Position numbers and translations under genes: made by a program
The notes under the pieces: generated by a model
The model's database searches: none
Told to the model about the DNA's origin: nothing
What the model saw: the letters and a program-made list of their open reading frames with translations, nothing else
Shown: positions 12,653-26,240 of the stretch, piece by piece
Position numbering within the stretch: position 1 is the stretch's first letter
Layout of the letters: each line of letters starts with the position of its first letter
Source of the DNA: Podarcis melisellensis
Taxonomy: Eukaryota
Strand: one strand, 5' to 3'
DNA: 64,000 nucleotides
Assembly (NCBI GenBank): GCA_964234715.1
Contig: OZ174276.1

Positions 12653-12800
12653 CTATTATATTGATATCCTTATATTGATATCCAACCTTTCTTCCCTCGT
12701 GGAATCCAAAGGGGTGTACATGTGATCCCCAGGCACTAAGCAAATCCAGAGTTGCTTAGCTTCAGCAAGATTGTGGCCTAATGTGTTTTCAAACCATACC
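12653..12800 (-). mobile_element. 5S rRNA-derived SINE (SINE3-like) with L2-type tail
   Basis: Minus strand gctgaagctaagcaactctggatttgcttagtgcctgggga resembles the 5S internal control region (gaagctaagcagggtc..ggttagtacttggatggga). Tail is gaaaggttggatatcaatata. Confidence 0.6.
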
Positions 12801-12921
12801 CCAGTTTGCTGCTATGGTCCATCCATATAATTTGTTACATGCATGTTCCTGAACCCAATCACTTATGCAGTATTTCTGATGAAATAAATTAGCCCTTTAA
12901 TGGGTTGCCTTGAAGCTAAAT

Positions 12922-13057
12922 CAGGCAACCCCAAACTCGGCCCTCCAGATGTTTTGGGACTGCAGCTCCCATCATCCCTGACCAATGGTCCTGTTAGCTA
13001 GGGATGATGGGAGTTGTAGTCCTAAAACATCTGGAGGGCTGAGTTTGCCTATGCCGG
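12922..13057. mobile_element. hAT-type palindromic MITE (~136 bp)
   Basis: caggcaaccccaaactcggccctccagatgttttgggact..cccatcatccct / agggatgatggga..agtcctaaaacatctggagggctgagtttg. Same family as 61122-61257. Confidence 0.9.
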
Positions 13058-13646
13058 ACCGGCTAGACGTTTACAAATACATATTCCACTAATATTTATT
13101 AAATATTTTAGGATTTTATTACATGTGTGTGCACATGTGCATGTTATACTCTATTCCTTTAAAAACAGCCCTTGCTCTCAACCTCCTTTGTGATTTAAAA
13201 AAATGCAAAACCTAGATTGACGTCATCCATTTAAGCTAAATATTGGAAGCTTGTGTTCCAGCACTATGGACAGCTCAGTAACTGAGATCATTGTAATTCT
13301 TGGCCTGTCTAGAGCACAGGGCAGGAATCTATTTGATAAAAGCCTTGAAGGCTTCAGGCAGAATGAGGCTTCCCTTGGAATCTAATGAATGGAGAAATTT
13401 GGGAAAGGGAAATAGAACTGCCCCCAATCATTATTATTATTGTAATAATTTGGTGGCACCCCACCACCAAATAGGTAAAATCTTTCATAGTCCCCAAATA
13501 AATGTTCCTCGGCTTATTTTGACTCTCTTGCGGCTGGAAGATATTTTTCATCAAACACTTCTGCCCAATTTGCTGAGTTTGCACAGATTTCAGTGAGGTT
13601 TTTGTTATGAATGGATGACTCACACCAATTCTAGTTTGTTCCAGGG

Positions 13647-13647
13647 T

Positions 13648-13676
<29 letters not shown>
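13647..13676. repeat. (GT)n microsatellite
   Basis: Directly visible. Confidence 0.98.
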
Positions 13677-13678
<2 letters not shown>

Positions 13679-13857
13679 TTTCCATCCTATTTATCCAATA
13701 ACATTCAGATTAAAACAAACAAACAAGCAAATAACTGGTTTCTTGACACCTGGAAATGATGGTAGCAAACATTATTTTAGGGAAACTCATACACTAATGG
13801 TTATATTTGGTTCTGTTCCTATTATTATCCAGTTTTCCTCAATTGAAATCATAGTGT

Positions 13858-14000
13858 CATAGAATTGTAGAGTTGGAAGGGACCCTGAGGAACATCTTGT
13901 CCAACCCCCTGCAATGCAGGAATATGCAGGTGTCCCATATAGAGATCAAAGTTGCAACCTTGGTGTTGTTAGCACCATTCTCTAACCACTTGAGCTATCC
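13858..14000 (-). mobile_element. tRNA(Ile)-derived SINE with CR1-type 3' tail
   Basis: Minus head gatagctcaagtggttagagaatggtgctaacaacaccaaggttgc resembles tRNA-Ile(AAT). Tail gggtcccttccaactctacaattctatga is a CR1 3' end. Confidence 0.85.
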
Positions 14001-17000
14001 ACTTGAATAACAAATTATTCAAGCTTCCGGGCAGAGGAATTTAAAAGATTTTCACGCAAATCCTTGAACGGAGGGTGGCTTACAGAATTCATTATGGGAT
14101 AGCATGTTCCCTAAGAATGTGACAGCTTACAAAACAAGGCCATTGAGACAACCCGAAGTTCTCTAATAAATGCATGTTTTATTTCAGTATGATTGTATTA
14201 TATGGGACTAAGTGTTCGAAATTCCCATTGTTCTAGGCATGTTTTGCGACAGGAAATTTCATTAGCACAAGCAGTTTCTGAGCTCTGGGCACAGTACTGC
14301 GCCTAAGATTTCAGATTAAAACTGCAGGGTGGAAGGAAAGGAGGACCCTTTTCTGCCTCCCCATTTCCAGCCACTCTCTTAAGACTGGAGAAGAGACCGC
14401 CTTAAGAATATTAGGGGGTGGGAAGGGGAAGGGCTAGACCATGTGAAAAATGAACATATCATTTTAGTTGCAGTTCATTCATTTTCAGCTTTGCATTCTT
14501 CTTGTAAAAAAGTGTGCCTAGACATTCCTTTGTTGCACCCATAACCTATGTTTAAGGTGTCATTTAGCTCCTAGAGTTCATATCTCAGTTTCTAACACTG
14601 ATGGGACTACATGTGAGACAAATACTGATTATAGTTACAAGATTTTTAAAAATAACCTGATGAGTTCTTCTTGGTTTTGTACATTTTTGAAAATGAATGA
14701 TCCACTTTTTAAATCTTAAAAAATAATTAAAAATCCCGCTTTTTTAGTTACAAAATACCTAAGCAGTTCACAACAGTCAGCATTGCAATAATACTATAGT
14801 AAAACATGCCCAATATAATATGCAATAAACATTAACATCAATTACAAACTGAAGGTACTGGCATTAGTGGATCAACAACTTTAAAATGTGAAGATATAAT
14901 GCCCCAATTTTACAAAAAAACAAAGCAAAACCCTTTTGCAGACATAAATATCTCATAGTTGAGGAAGTAAGGTGGACTGCCTTTGATAAAGTATCCAATA
15001 TTGGTATGGTGTAATAAGCACTAGTCCTTTAAAAACTCAGTTGTCTTGTATTGAGGACTGACTATTCTGCTGGGTGAGCCAGTTTACAAAAAATACCGGT
15101 AAGTAACCCTAGCGGCTAGCGTGTTGAATGCAGAAAGTTACAGCTGTCCCTCTTTTAAGTTCCCAAGCCCAAGTCTCCCCCCCCCCCCAAAAAATGCTGG
15201 CGATAACTGTAGTTATAAAAATCACACCATATTGGAACTATTACTGTGAGAACATTGTGAAATGAGATAAACAGACTTATCTATATAAATAGAAGACTTG
15301 AGGTACTGATTGTACTATTCATATTCACATTTTAATTCAATACAGCCTACCCTTATTGAGTTTGAAGGGGCTGCTGCACAATATCCAACCTTCTGCAGTG
15401 GCACACATTATTGCTAAAAGGCCTGGTTTGTGCAATTCAGAGTCTAAATGAGACAAATGTGAATCAGTCTATGTGGCTGCCTTTAGAGGAATCCTTAGTT
15501 TCACTGTAGGTTTTACCAGTTTCTTACCAGGATGCAGTCATGCCTCTATTCCATATTACAAAGAAAGAAATGGCTTTCAGATGCTGCTGTATTTTGCAGC
15601 TGTGAGTCATAGCTGCAAAAGAGACAGACATTTGTTGTTGTTGTTGTTGTTTTGTGTGTGTCTTTCCTCCATTTTCAAAGAATCATGGCTATACCTTCCA
15701 AGCTATCTTAATCTTAGGTTAGAGAGAAATACTACTAGGGATTTCGGAATTTGAATTGTCTTTTATGCTGGTGGTTCTGGATTTGGATTTTAAGACCATT
15801 TTGGGCACGCTATGCCAACCTGTCACTCACCTGATGACATATGACAACTTGGCGCAACATACGTTTACTCCATTCTACAATATTGCTGCTCAGGCTTGCC
15901 TAGATTACAGAAGGCTAATCTGTCAGAGATTAAGGGCCAAACATAGATGGGTCATAATGCAATGGGGAAAATGTTTTTGCCATTGAAATGGAAGGTGTGT
16001 GGGAAAGAGTAATCCAAAGCCCTAGTTAACTCAAAGTCTTGAGATTGGCTAATTTGCAGATCTCAGTGGTGCTGAGAAAAGTAGAAGGGTGTTGATGAAC
16101 TGTGCAGAGAATTATGTTTGCTGAGAGAGACAGATAACTGCAGACCAACAGACGGCAGCTAAAATCATGTGGCCAGACAAGAGAAAGTGTGATCACACCC
16201 GGTTTATAGAGAGAACTACATCATAAAATTGCCAGAAAATTGACATGCATTTGAGAATCTGAGAATACACTGAGCACAAGGCAAACAAATTAAAATGCCA
16301 GATAAAAGTTGGCAATTCCAAGAGATGGTGGAGAAAAATATTCTGATTTTAATATTAAACAAGAGAAAGCAGACTCCGTTGTTTTTATTTTTAAGGAAGA
16401 GTGGGAGTAAGACTGATGGCCTATGTCAAAGGGAAGACAACTTTCAGCTGTAAAAAGCAGGAGACTGGATTCATTTGCACACACTCAACTGAAACTGCCA
16501 AAAGGACTGTGGGCTTTTCCAGATGACCCATTTAGTCAACATTATTCTGATTTGCTTGCACTAAGCTTATCTGGTGGTTACACTATGTCTGGTCTTTACT
16601 GAGCATTCATTTGGATTGTGAGGTAGTTACATGGCAATGAATATTCATCCTGCATTTATCCTGATCTGCTTGCAGGGTGTTCATATTTCTTCCCATTAGT
16701 AATTTGTTCACTTTTCCATGTCAACTTCCTAACCATAAAATGCCTCTTTTTGAAAGAAGTGATTTGTTGCATGAAGCCAACAAACCCATTTTATATGAGC
16801 AAACTTTATTTCTTGTTTGCTCCAGCATTCCTCTCGCAAACTACTGACAATCCAAAGATGCCTGTCATTTCTGAAATTATCCTTGGTAAGAGCAGTTGTT
16901 TTCCTCAACTAACCTTGAAATTAAAAGGAAAGGGAAACATTTTTGCTGTTGCATCTTCCTAACCATTTTATAATTTCACTGCATCAGCTCTTTTCCTTGA

Positions 17001-18869
17001 GACTGTCTGATTCTCCTTTCTTCTCTTCCATTTCTTCTTTCCTCCCTTTCTTCAAGTTTTCTGATTCTTGTTCCTTTAGCCAATCCTCAGTTCCCAGAGT
17101 TTCTTCATATTGTCCACAGTTTGTGTACATGTTTCTGCAGTAATCTCACGCATGCTTTTTCTTGTACAGAAATTCTGCCTGTGTTATGAAATGAATAGCA
17201 TGTGGAGTGGCCCTTGATAAACAAAAGCAGCCCCTATTCGTGCTGCTCCTTTTAAGTATGCAAAATATAGTGCACAAGAACTTGCGTTGAAGCATGAATA
17301 CCACCATTAACAGTGTGCACAGCTGGTTTTTCCCATATATATAGAACCCATGCAGAAACAAATGTTGGCTCATTTCATTTGAAACATAAAAGATCTTTTA
17401 TTACTTTTTTTCAGTTGAAGGAAACCAATTTCAGCTGCAAGACAGCTTAATTTCAGGAATCTCCTCTCTCTCTTCACATTTTAATACTAAGCACTAAGTT
17501 TTCTCATCTCAGAAACTGCCAGAGATGAAGCAGAATACCCTGTTGTGCTGCTGTGTTGAACTGATGACAGACAGCAGATCATGTGGAAGGCAGTATCTAT
17601 GTACACCGAGCACAGCCCACACCCATGCTGCATTAAGGCATTTATTGATCTCTAGAATGCTTTGCTCCTCCATTGTAGAGTTCAAATAAGCAGAAAATCT
17701 TAATGCTTGCATTCAAGAAGTAGTCTCCCAGTGCAGCTGTTTGATCCCCATGTTGAGTGTGAATCCATAGGCTTAATCTGGGGTTTCCACTCCTATTTAT
17801 TTAATGCACCTTCTAGATGTATTGTGTGTGTAAATACAGCTATAACTGTTTATCAGCTGATAACTTACCACAGCAGACACATAGCTGTGTGAGTAGCTGT
17901 TCATTTATAGGTCCCATCTACAAAATGAAGATAATAATTTTACTACATCTCCAAGCTTAATCAGAAATTTGGGGCAACAGGCGAGTGGCAAAAATTGTCA
18001 TAGCAACATTTGCTTGTGCATGAGCTTGCTCTTGTCTAGACATTCGCCTTCTGCACCTTCTATTTTAAACTTCTTCACATGGTGCAACAGCATACTTAAA
18101 TCCTTTCACAGTATCCATAAGGCAGAGAGATTATTACTCAACCTGATCAGAGATCTAAATCTAGCATTACTATTTTGTTTTCAGCATCTAGCCCAGCCTT
18201 GGGAGTTTAAATTCCCATGGAGTGGTATCTGCGTCACCACTGTTTCTGTTTGAAATACCTATCCTCATTCCTAGAATAGCCATGGAATTTTGTTAAAGAG
18301 AATTCATAATTAACTCCTCATATAGCTTCATGTTGTGTATTTCAACCACTTGATAGCCAGAAGTAATGCCAAGGACTCTCGTCTTATCGTACAGGTATTG
18401 AGCCTGGTTGTTCAAAAAACTTCTGCAGTTTTTGGTTCATTTGCTCTGTCTCTCCTGGTTTTAGTGCAAGGGCATTTGTTCACATTTGTGGTTGACATCT
18501 TTTGATTAGCTTTGTACCCAGGCTTTTGCACATGCCAGGATCCAGTTCTCTCCCTTAATGACTGTGCCTTTGGAGTCAGACCTATTATTTCCTGTTTATT
18601 GATTTAACTTGCAGCAATTCTCCAGTTTTCCCTTAATCCTCTCTGGGTTAATTAATAGGCACAGCTCAGCTTATCATAAGACCTTGCATAGATTGGTCAT
18701 TTCTCTCCTCATCAATGTTATTTCATGTCCATTGCATTATATTGTTTGTTTCCAAACCCTACTTAAAAGAATAAAAGGCATTCTAGATGCTACCTTGTGA
18801 CAGATGTGTGTAAAAATGCCCTGGAGTTTTTAGTCATGAACTGAAGGATCCATGGAGTAGACTTGGGGA

Positions 18870-18871
<2 letters not shown>

Positions 18872-18903
<32 letters not shown>
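18872..18903. repeat. (GA)n microsatellite
   Basis: Directly visible. Confidence 0.98.
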
Positions 18904-18905
<2 letters not shown>

Positions 18906-19249
18906 ATCCTCCACCCCCCTTAAAGGTACAAAAATGGGCTTGGAGGGCAATTTTTTGGGTGGAAAAATGGTAAGACGCTCCTCTCCCAATAGCCATCTGC
19001 TAAAGAATACGGTTTCTCACTGCTACTTTAAATTTAAAAGCAGGGTTGAAAAATAAATACAGACATTAGCCCTGTAAAGTTGTGTTTGTCCCTGGAGCAT
19101 AAAGAAAATGGGAAGCAATTTGATGACACTTTTTTCATTACCGAGATCCTCTAGTAACCCTGTTTTGTGAACTGTTTGCAGTGTGATTACTGGGAAAGTC
19201 AGTCTCAGCCAGCCAGCAGAATAGCTGCTGAGGGCAATGGTCTAAATTT

Positions 19250-19526
19250 GGGATGGAGAACTTGTGGCTCTCCAGTTGCTGTTGATCTCCTAATTTCCAT
19301 CAGTCCTACCAAGCATGGTCAGGGATGATGGGAGCGGTAGTCTAGATCAGTGTTTCCCAACCTTGTGCCTCCAGCTGTTTTTGGACTACAATTCCCATCA
19401 TCCCTTGCCACTGGTCTTGCTAGTCAGGGATGATGGGAGTTGTAGTTCAAAAACAGCTGGAGGCACAAGGTTGGGAAACACTGGTCTAGATGATGGGAGC
19501 AGAGGACCACAGATTTCCTACCCCTG
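19250..19526. mobile_element. older hAT-type hairpin MITE (host of a nested copy)
   Basis: gggatggagaacttgtggctctccag ... gaggaccacagatttcctacccctg, with tctaaat on both flanks. Confidence 0.65.
19348..19483. mobile_element. young hAT (Charlie-like) MITE
   Basis: Near-perfect palindrome cagtgtttcccaaccttgtgcctccagctgttttt / aaaaacagctggaggcacaaggttgggaaacactg. 8-bp TSD gtctagat at 19340-19347 and 19484-19491. Confidence 0.95.
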
Positions 19527-19892
19527 TCTAAATAGTTCAATGTGCTATCTTGTTACCCTCTTTGTATACTCTCCAGTTACACGTAATGAATAGTAATGCT
19601 AAGGATGTCTTAGTCCAAACTGAGTTTATGCACATGGTGGAAATAATTATTATGCCCAAAACTCTGATCTGAAAGGAGGAAGACCCTATTAGCCTATTAC
19701 ATCCTTGTATTGCCACTCTCTGCACCTCACACAGGGGAGGCACATGGAAATGGGCCTCTGATGACAAGTATAGTGTCCGGGTAGGGTTATATGGAGAAGT
19801 AGTATTGGGTTCCTAACTACATCAGGCTTTATAGTTCTAAACCAGTCTTCTTTTCACACATGTTGCTATTTGTGATTGCGCTCCTACATACT

Positions 19893-19998
19893 CTGCTTGT
19901 GGGCTTTTCGTAGACATCTGGATGGCCACTTTGGGAAACAGAATGCTGCACAGGTTAGGCCTCTGGTCTGACCCACAAGGCTCTCTTTATGTTCTAAG
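19893..19998 (+). mobile_element. CR1-type LINE 3' end
   Basis: catctggatggccactttgggaaacagaatgctg..ggcctctggtctgacccacaaggctctctttatgttct. Confidence 0.8.
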
Positions 19999-20289
19999 TA
20001 CTCAGTTCTTTTCTCTCTCTGTTTGTGTTTTTTTAAAACAGAGAAGATACAGCAGCTACTTTTCCTGCACTGTGGTTTTTCACATTTGTATGGTAATAAA
20101 ACTAGACCTAGGAGGCCTGCAAATGTTCGTCTAAACGGTTATTAATATCGTTCATGAACTTCAAATGTGGTTCAACTTGGTTCAAAGTGCTTCAAAAAGC
20201 TAAACACTGAATTACAGTCACCTAGTGGCACTTTATCCCCTGTATTCCAGAAGTATAAGGTTTCTCTCGCCAGAATCTCTTGCTTGTTG

Positions 20290-20291
<2 letters not shown>

Positions 20292-20337
<46 letters not shown>
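20292..20337. repeat. (CT)n microsatellite
   Basis: Directly visible. Confidence 0.98.
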
Positions 20338-20339
<2 letters not shown>

Positions 20340-20437
20340 CGTAATTATCACATCACTTTGACCAGTGTTCTGAGGAAAACACTGCACTAATTTAAACTGG
20401 ATCTTTCAAAATTAACATTTGTCTATAGCAGTTAGAT

Positions 20438-20570
20438 CAGTGGTTCTCAAACTTTTTTCTCTGGGCCACACTTTTAGAATAAAAAATTGCTCATGCCACA
20501 TCACATTTTTTTATTGATCAGAAAGAAACCACTCCTAGCAGTGCTTGATTTATAACATAAAACACAAATA
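20438..20570 (+). mobile_element. hAT (Charlie/MER-like) terminal fragment
   Basis: TIR-like start cagtggttctcaaacttttt..gggccacactttt. The other end was not found. Confidence 0.6.
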
Positions 20571-21304
20571 CTGTATAATATGATCATGGGACATGACGTA
20601 TAAAACAATGCAGTTACAGGTAGGGATCAAGAAGACTCCTGTGTAAAACTCTTGCACTTCTGTTAGCCTGTACAGACAATATAGAAAGGCAATCCCAGAC
20701 TGTTGATATTTTATTCAGTCACATACCAGCAAATTCAGGTTGCACAATTAAAGTTGATTTAGTGTCCTTGTGCTACAAACCCACCCCCCACCTACAATCA
20801 GACTTTTTGTGATGAGGAAAGTGATGGAAAGCTTAATGGGAAAGTATGGGTTAATAATGTTCTTCCGATGCTTCCTAAAGCCTCCTAATTACAAATGACA
20901 TTTAAATATGCTCAGTCTACAACTTAAGAGCAGTTTAATTTGGTCTCCGTGTTGGCTGCCATTTCCGGATGAAATGACACCTGCAAATAATGAAAGACTT
21001 ATCTCACATTACTCATAAGCACAATCTTCCAACATTTGCATTTTCATACCTCATATTTCCACTTGGATAGCAAGGTGGCTTATCTCTCTCAGAGTTTCAT
21101 CCTTGAACTGCTTACACTTGAATAATCTCATTGGGTTCTGTAAGATTGTTCAGGAGCAAGTTGCCAGTCTAAAAAAGAATGAAGAAGTGAAGTCCACTCC
21201 TACACTTGCTTCCTCACAAGTAGATCCCATTAAACTCAATGGAGCTTTATTTCTGGTGGGCATGCTTAGATTTTCAGTCTTAAATAAGCTATATTAAAAT
21301 TACG

Positions 21305-21455
21305 GGAATGTAGAAAGTTGCCTTATAACAAGGCAGGCTCTTTGCTCTATCTGGTTTTATGTTATACACTGACTGCAGCTGATTGGAGATACTGGCAATT
21401 GAACCTGGGACTTTTTGCATGCAAAGCAGATGCTCTACCACTGAGCTATGGCCCT
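21305..21455 (-). mobile_element. tRNA(Ala/Cys)-derived SINE (Squam3-like)
   Basis: Minus head agggccatagctcagtggtagagcatctgctttgcatgcaaaaagtcccaggttcaattgccagtatctcca (A/B boxes). Tail ends ttataaggcaactttctacattcc. Confidence 0.8.
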
Positions 21456-22989
21456 CCCCCCAAATTATGGCTGCATATGTTTGAAAATAGGTTCAGTTAA
21501 AGCTCCATGCATACTTTGACAGGCTTTTTATTTTGAATGGTGATGAACGATTTTAAATGGAAGATGTGATTACATGAATGAACGATGATGAGTTAGTTGC
21601 ATTGAATTACAAACGAGGCATCCATATTACCTGAGACTGCTGTGTACGAAGGCAGATGCTACAAGCAGGACTCAATTCATTAACTTGGTTGCTGACTGGA
21701 GCAAATACATTTCTGCTCTGACTAGTGTCCCAAGGAAAGAAGTGGACCTCTTGTCACTAATGGAGTAGCTGGATAAAGCTCTTGAAAGTGTAGGCATTTG
21801 ACCAGCAAGGTTTTTAGCACAAAACAACCACAGGAATTAAAATGGAAACAAGCTGTAGCTTGGGCAACTGGAGTTAAATGAGACCAGTTGCTCTCTCAAA
21901 GATTCGTGTTTTAGCTGCTTGCCAAAAGGCAAGAGGTAAGGTAGATAAAACAGGTGATGATATAGTATGGGGTAGACACTACTGTTGAGGAAATCCAAGC
22001 ATGCCCTTCCTCTGCCAAACTTCACACAGTGGCAGAACCATAAACAGAGCTTCAGGAGTTGTGTTGGTAGCTTGGCTCATATGGGCAAAACCAGTCCTTG
22101 GGAGATCTTAGCAATAACAATTAAGCCTAGCACTTTGCATTAAGCTAAAAAGCAAATTGGTGACTTTAATAGATGAAATGACATTGGAGTGTTTGTATTT
22201 GTGTTAAAAATGTCTGTTTTTCTAACAACAATTTCTGAAACTATTTTAGAAAGCACTGCAAACATTTTTATTTCCTCTCCTACTCTAAAGGGAAACAACC
22301 TTTCAAGCTCTAAGAAACTGTCTGCCCCTGCCCCCTTTGCTATGGAACAATGCTTGAATGAGTGGGTGGTCACTGGTATGTGGAGAATAATTGCCCTGCC
22401 TAGACTTGTGTTGCGCTTGTATCAAATGTCTTCCAATACCAAAACCATTTTTTCCTTTAGGCATTGGCCTTTTTGTGTTAAAACAAATTGCCACAACTCC
22501 AAACTGAACACAGTTTGTTCTATGCTTGCATTGATCAGGAGCACTTGGCTAATCACTTCCTGTAATTAAATTCTTCACTAGCAATAAAGTTAATCTCCTT
22601 AGTGCACGTAAAAGCTGACCTACAGCTTGAACTGGAAGAATTGCCATTGTTTATAGGCATGCTTTTTCAGGCCCAGCAGTTTCATTCTACGCCATAAGCA
22701 ATTAATATAATCAAGTTTCCTTTCATCTGTCACAGATACATTAATAGGTAGCATTCGTGCTGATGAAGCAGTTCTAGTACTACTCAGCTGAGCCACCAAA
22801 TGCTCTTGAGGCAGGTAAATGTCATTCAGTTGGTTTTATGGGCTGGTGAATAGTGAAGGCCTATAAGATGCTGGAAAAGCTAAGCCTGAAAGCCCATAGG
22901 TTAACACCCCAAAAGACTTGCAGCACAGTATGTGTACTCAGAAGTAAGCCTTCTTGACTGCAGTGGAATTTAATCCCTGGTAAGTGAGT

Positions 22990-23315
22990 GGCTTACCACT
23001 GATCCTAGGGCTTGCTGATCAGAAGGTTGGCGGTTCGAATCCCCGCGATGGGGTGAGCCCCCGTTGTTTGGTCCCAGCTCGTGCCCACCTAGCAGTTCAA
23101 AAGCACGTCAAAGTGCAAGTAGATAAATAGGCAGGAAGGTTTCCGTGCACTGCTCTGGTTCACCAGAAGCAGCTTAGTCATGCTGGCCACATGACCCAGA
23201 AGCTGTCTGCGGACAAACGCCGGCTCCCTCCACCTATAGAGTGAGATGAGCACGCAACCCCAGAGTCATACGCGGCTGGACCTAACGGTCAGGGATACCT
23301 TTGCCATTACCTTTA
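22990..23315 (+). mobile_element. Sauria SINE, inserted into a palindromic repeat
   Basis: gggcttgctgatcagaaggttggcggttcgaatccccgcgatggggtgagc..aagtgcaagtagataaatagg..tacctttgccattacctt. The flanks (22920-22989 and 23316-23338) are two halves of a hairpin repeat. Confidence 0.93.
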
Positions 23316-23667
23316 AATGTGTATTGGATTGCTGCCTTGATGACATAGCTACCTTCTAGGCTTTGCCAAGAGGGTTAAGTTTACATATGGGATACCTATG
23401 GTTTTTTTCCATGAATACAAGTGTGTGGTCTTTTTATGAGATTCTCCTGAGTCCTCAACATAGGGGATAGAAAGCAGGTAGGGGTGGCTTCCTGTGAATC
23501 TGTGACTGAAGCCTACTTCATGCACAGCTTGCAATGGCACGAGCACCACTGTTCCATTACTCTTCCCACGCTACTCCTGCAGCATAAGCACCTTCTTTGT
23601 TTGATTGGAGTTCCTGATCTCTCCTGCTCTACAGTTATGAAAAATATATGTGCTAAGCACTGCATGT

Positions 23668-23800
23668 AACAGCCTTCTACAGACTGGTAGATGCTAAGAC
23701 TGCATGTCCCACCACACCCAGCTGCCATGCCCAGTAGTCAGGATTGATGGAAGTTGTAGTCCAAAACATCTGGACAGCTGTAGGTTGGAGGAAGGTTGAT
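23668..23800. mobile_element. decayed hAT-type hairpin MITE
   Basis: ggattgatggaagttgtagtccaaaacatctgga..ggttggaggaaggttg, same family as 12922 and 19348. Confidence 0.6.
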
Positions 23801-25454
23801 ATATAATCACATTATCTGTCCAACTCCGTGGATAGAAGTTGCACAGGTGATTGGGAGAAATTTGAGGGTTATGTCAATATAGAGATTGCCTTTGATCTCT
23901 TGGCCCAGAAGGGCCTGTTTTTTTCTGATGTGCCAGTGATTACTAGAAAAATTTGCAGCCTGTCTCTACATTGTATCATGGCTCCCAGTCTTTATACAGA
24001 ATATTTACAGTGATTAGTCTTAATTGCAAATTATGATTTAGACAGTCAAGATCCTGGATACCGCCTACCCTAACGGGGTAATTAGCCAATTCTATTTTAG
24101 GCATCTTCACTTCCTTCAAATTATCAGCTCTATCTTGTATAACTCTGATCAGTATGTGCATTTTGTGATTGATGGTGGGACTCGACTCACTTTTTCCAGC
24201 CCTGATGAAAAAGGTGAGCAGAAAGAATTACTTATGTTCAAAGATACAACCTGATTGGCCTTTGTATCAGGTATACAACGATCACATAGTTTTTGTATCC
24301 TATTCAGTATTATTAATGGCTTGGAGCTGCCTTAGAATACCTTACAATGCAACTAAGTCAAGCAACAGAGGATCAGAACCTTTTGATGCCAAAATATTCT
24401 GTAGATAGTGTATAGCTTATGGTGTTGCAGCTGTGCTGTTCCTACAGGTGAAGCCCTACTGTGATTCTGGGATAATGAAGCAATGGATAAGTAGGGACTC
24501 TGCAATAAAGCAGCAGTGGTCGCTTCCCATTTGTGAGATGTTAAATTCTGAAGAGGTCTGGAGAACTTGAAATCTTGCCACGCTTCTGTCACATTTTGAC
24601 TTGTCCCAGTGATGCTGTTGCTCAGCTTTTGAAGCTTTTTTCTTAGGGGACAAGGTACGGCTAACCTCCTTTTGCTTTTTTTGTGCTCCATCAGAAAACA
24701 TTGCTGCATGTAATAAAGCAATCTTGCCACCTACAGTCTCTCCCTGTTAATTCTTCTTTGTTTGGGGGGTTGCCCTCTTTCAGAGGGGTCTGAGTAGCAG
24801 TTGGCGTTTTGCTGGGTGACGTCGCATCCAGTAAAGCTCTCTGCACACAGCTACTGGAACACAGCCAAGCATGTTGCGAAACATAGCCAAGGGGAGGTGT
24901 CAAGGCTCAAGGACAGTCTGTCCCTTTGGCTGGCATTTGGACCCAAACTTGCAGTAAAATGGACTTTACTGAGACAGAAGCTTGAAGTAGAAAGGGGCAG
25001 GGGTGGAAAGAAAGGAGCAGGGCTGTCAGTACTCCACTGGATCCAAAGGGACATCTTAGCAACCCTATGTTCACTGAGTGGACTCAGCATGGTGCCCAGA
25101 GTTTTCTGTAGTAAGGGCTATTTTTAGGGCTTGCACCCCACTTCCTTAAGCACAGAACTGCTTATCACAGCAGCTGAAATGGTCTAGATAGGAGTCATGA
25201 GCTGCAGGTCGGGCAGGGACTGTCTTTAAGAAGTGAGTTTAGTGCTGATCTGTGTGAAGGCATATGCAGTAAAGGCTTCTGAATAATTCATAGGTGCTAA
25301 TATATTCTATAAATTTTCATAGATGATTCCCTCTGCATTCTTCCAGGAATGTATTCATTATTTACCAAATTACTTTTATAGACTCTTCTTGGTTCCTATC
25401 TCATTTAGTAGCAAATTGATAAAAGGAGTATAATGTTAGAATTCGAACTACGTG

Positions 25455-25637
25455 TTTATTTCATTGCTAACCTGGCCTTCCTCTGAGGAGTTCGTGGTTA
25501 ACAGACATGGTGTTCCCCTGCACATTGTATTTCTTTACAACAAACTTGTTAGGCTGGGAGACAAATGATTAAACGCAGATCACTCAATGAGCGGGGAGAT
25601 TAGAACACTGGTCTCTCTGGTCCTAGGCTGACACTCT
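25455..25637 (-). mobile_element. MIR/L2-partner SINE, decayed
   Basis: ttacaacaaacttgttaggctgggagac..gatcactcaatgagc..ggagattagaac..ggtctc pattern. Confidence 0.65.
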
Positions 25638-26240
25638 GGGAACCCTTGCCTCTGTGTCTGCGGAACACATGGGTACCATAGGACCTTAGCTTATTATTTG
25701 GCTTATACTGGCTCAGAGACATCCTAGTTCAATACACAGAAATGTTGAGAAGAATTCATACCTTTATACATTGCCATGGCAGATGCGTTCAAGAGTGGAG
25801 GGGAAGTGCATCTATAAATGTGTGACATGTTGTGGCTTTCTGACTCCAAAAACTAGATTTTCTCCTTCACATTTCACAGTGTCCACTGGGAGATCCCAAT
25901 GGACATACAGCAGATATATTTGCTATGGGAATTAGGCCACAGCTCTGGGCAGAAATAGTTCATTGTCCCCTGGGATGCTTTGGCACTCCAGATCAATTAA
26001 TTCTGCCCCCTGGCAAAACAAAAAAACCCCAAGAAGTTCCCTCATCTCCTGAGTAAAGTTTGTTTTTTAAAAAACAAACCACCAAAACCAAGCCCTTGCA
26101 TAGAGATTGGAGTAGTTTCCCCGCATCGGTTTAATTAGCACAAAAAGTAAGAAAATTCAGGACTGTGGATTGGTAAAAATAATTAACATGGTTTAGATGC
26201 TAGTGTTGGGGCAGATTTAGAACACGCTAGTCCTTTGTTA

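Noticed and set aside
13935-14000. tRNA-Ile-like sequence
   Set aside because: B box mutated and fused to a CR1 tail; a SINE.
21385-21455. tRNA-like sequence
   Set aside because: Continues into a SINE body and tail with degraded stems; a SINE head, not a tRNA gene.
24353-24903. Overlapping minus-strand ORFs (125, 81 and 70 aa)
   Set aside because: Different frames, no recognisable motif and no good splice acceptor.
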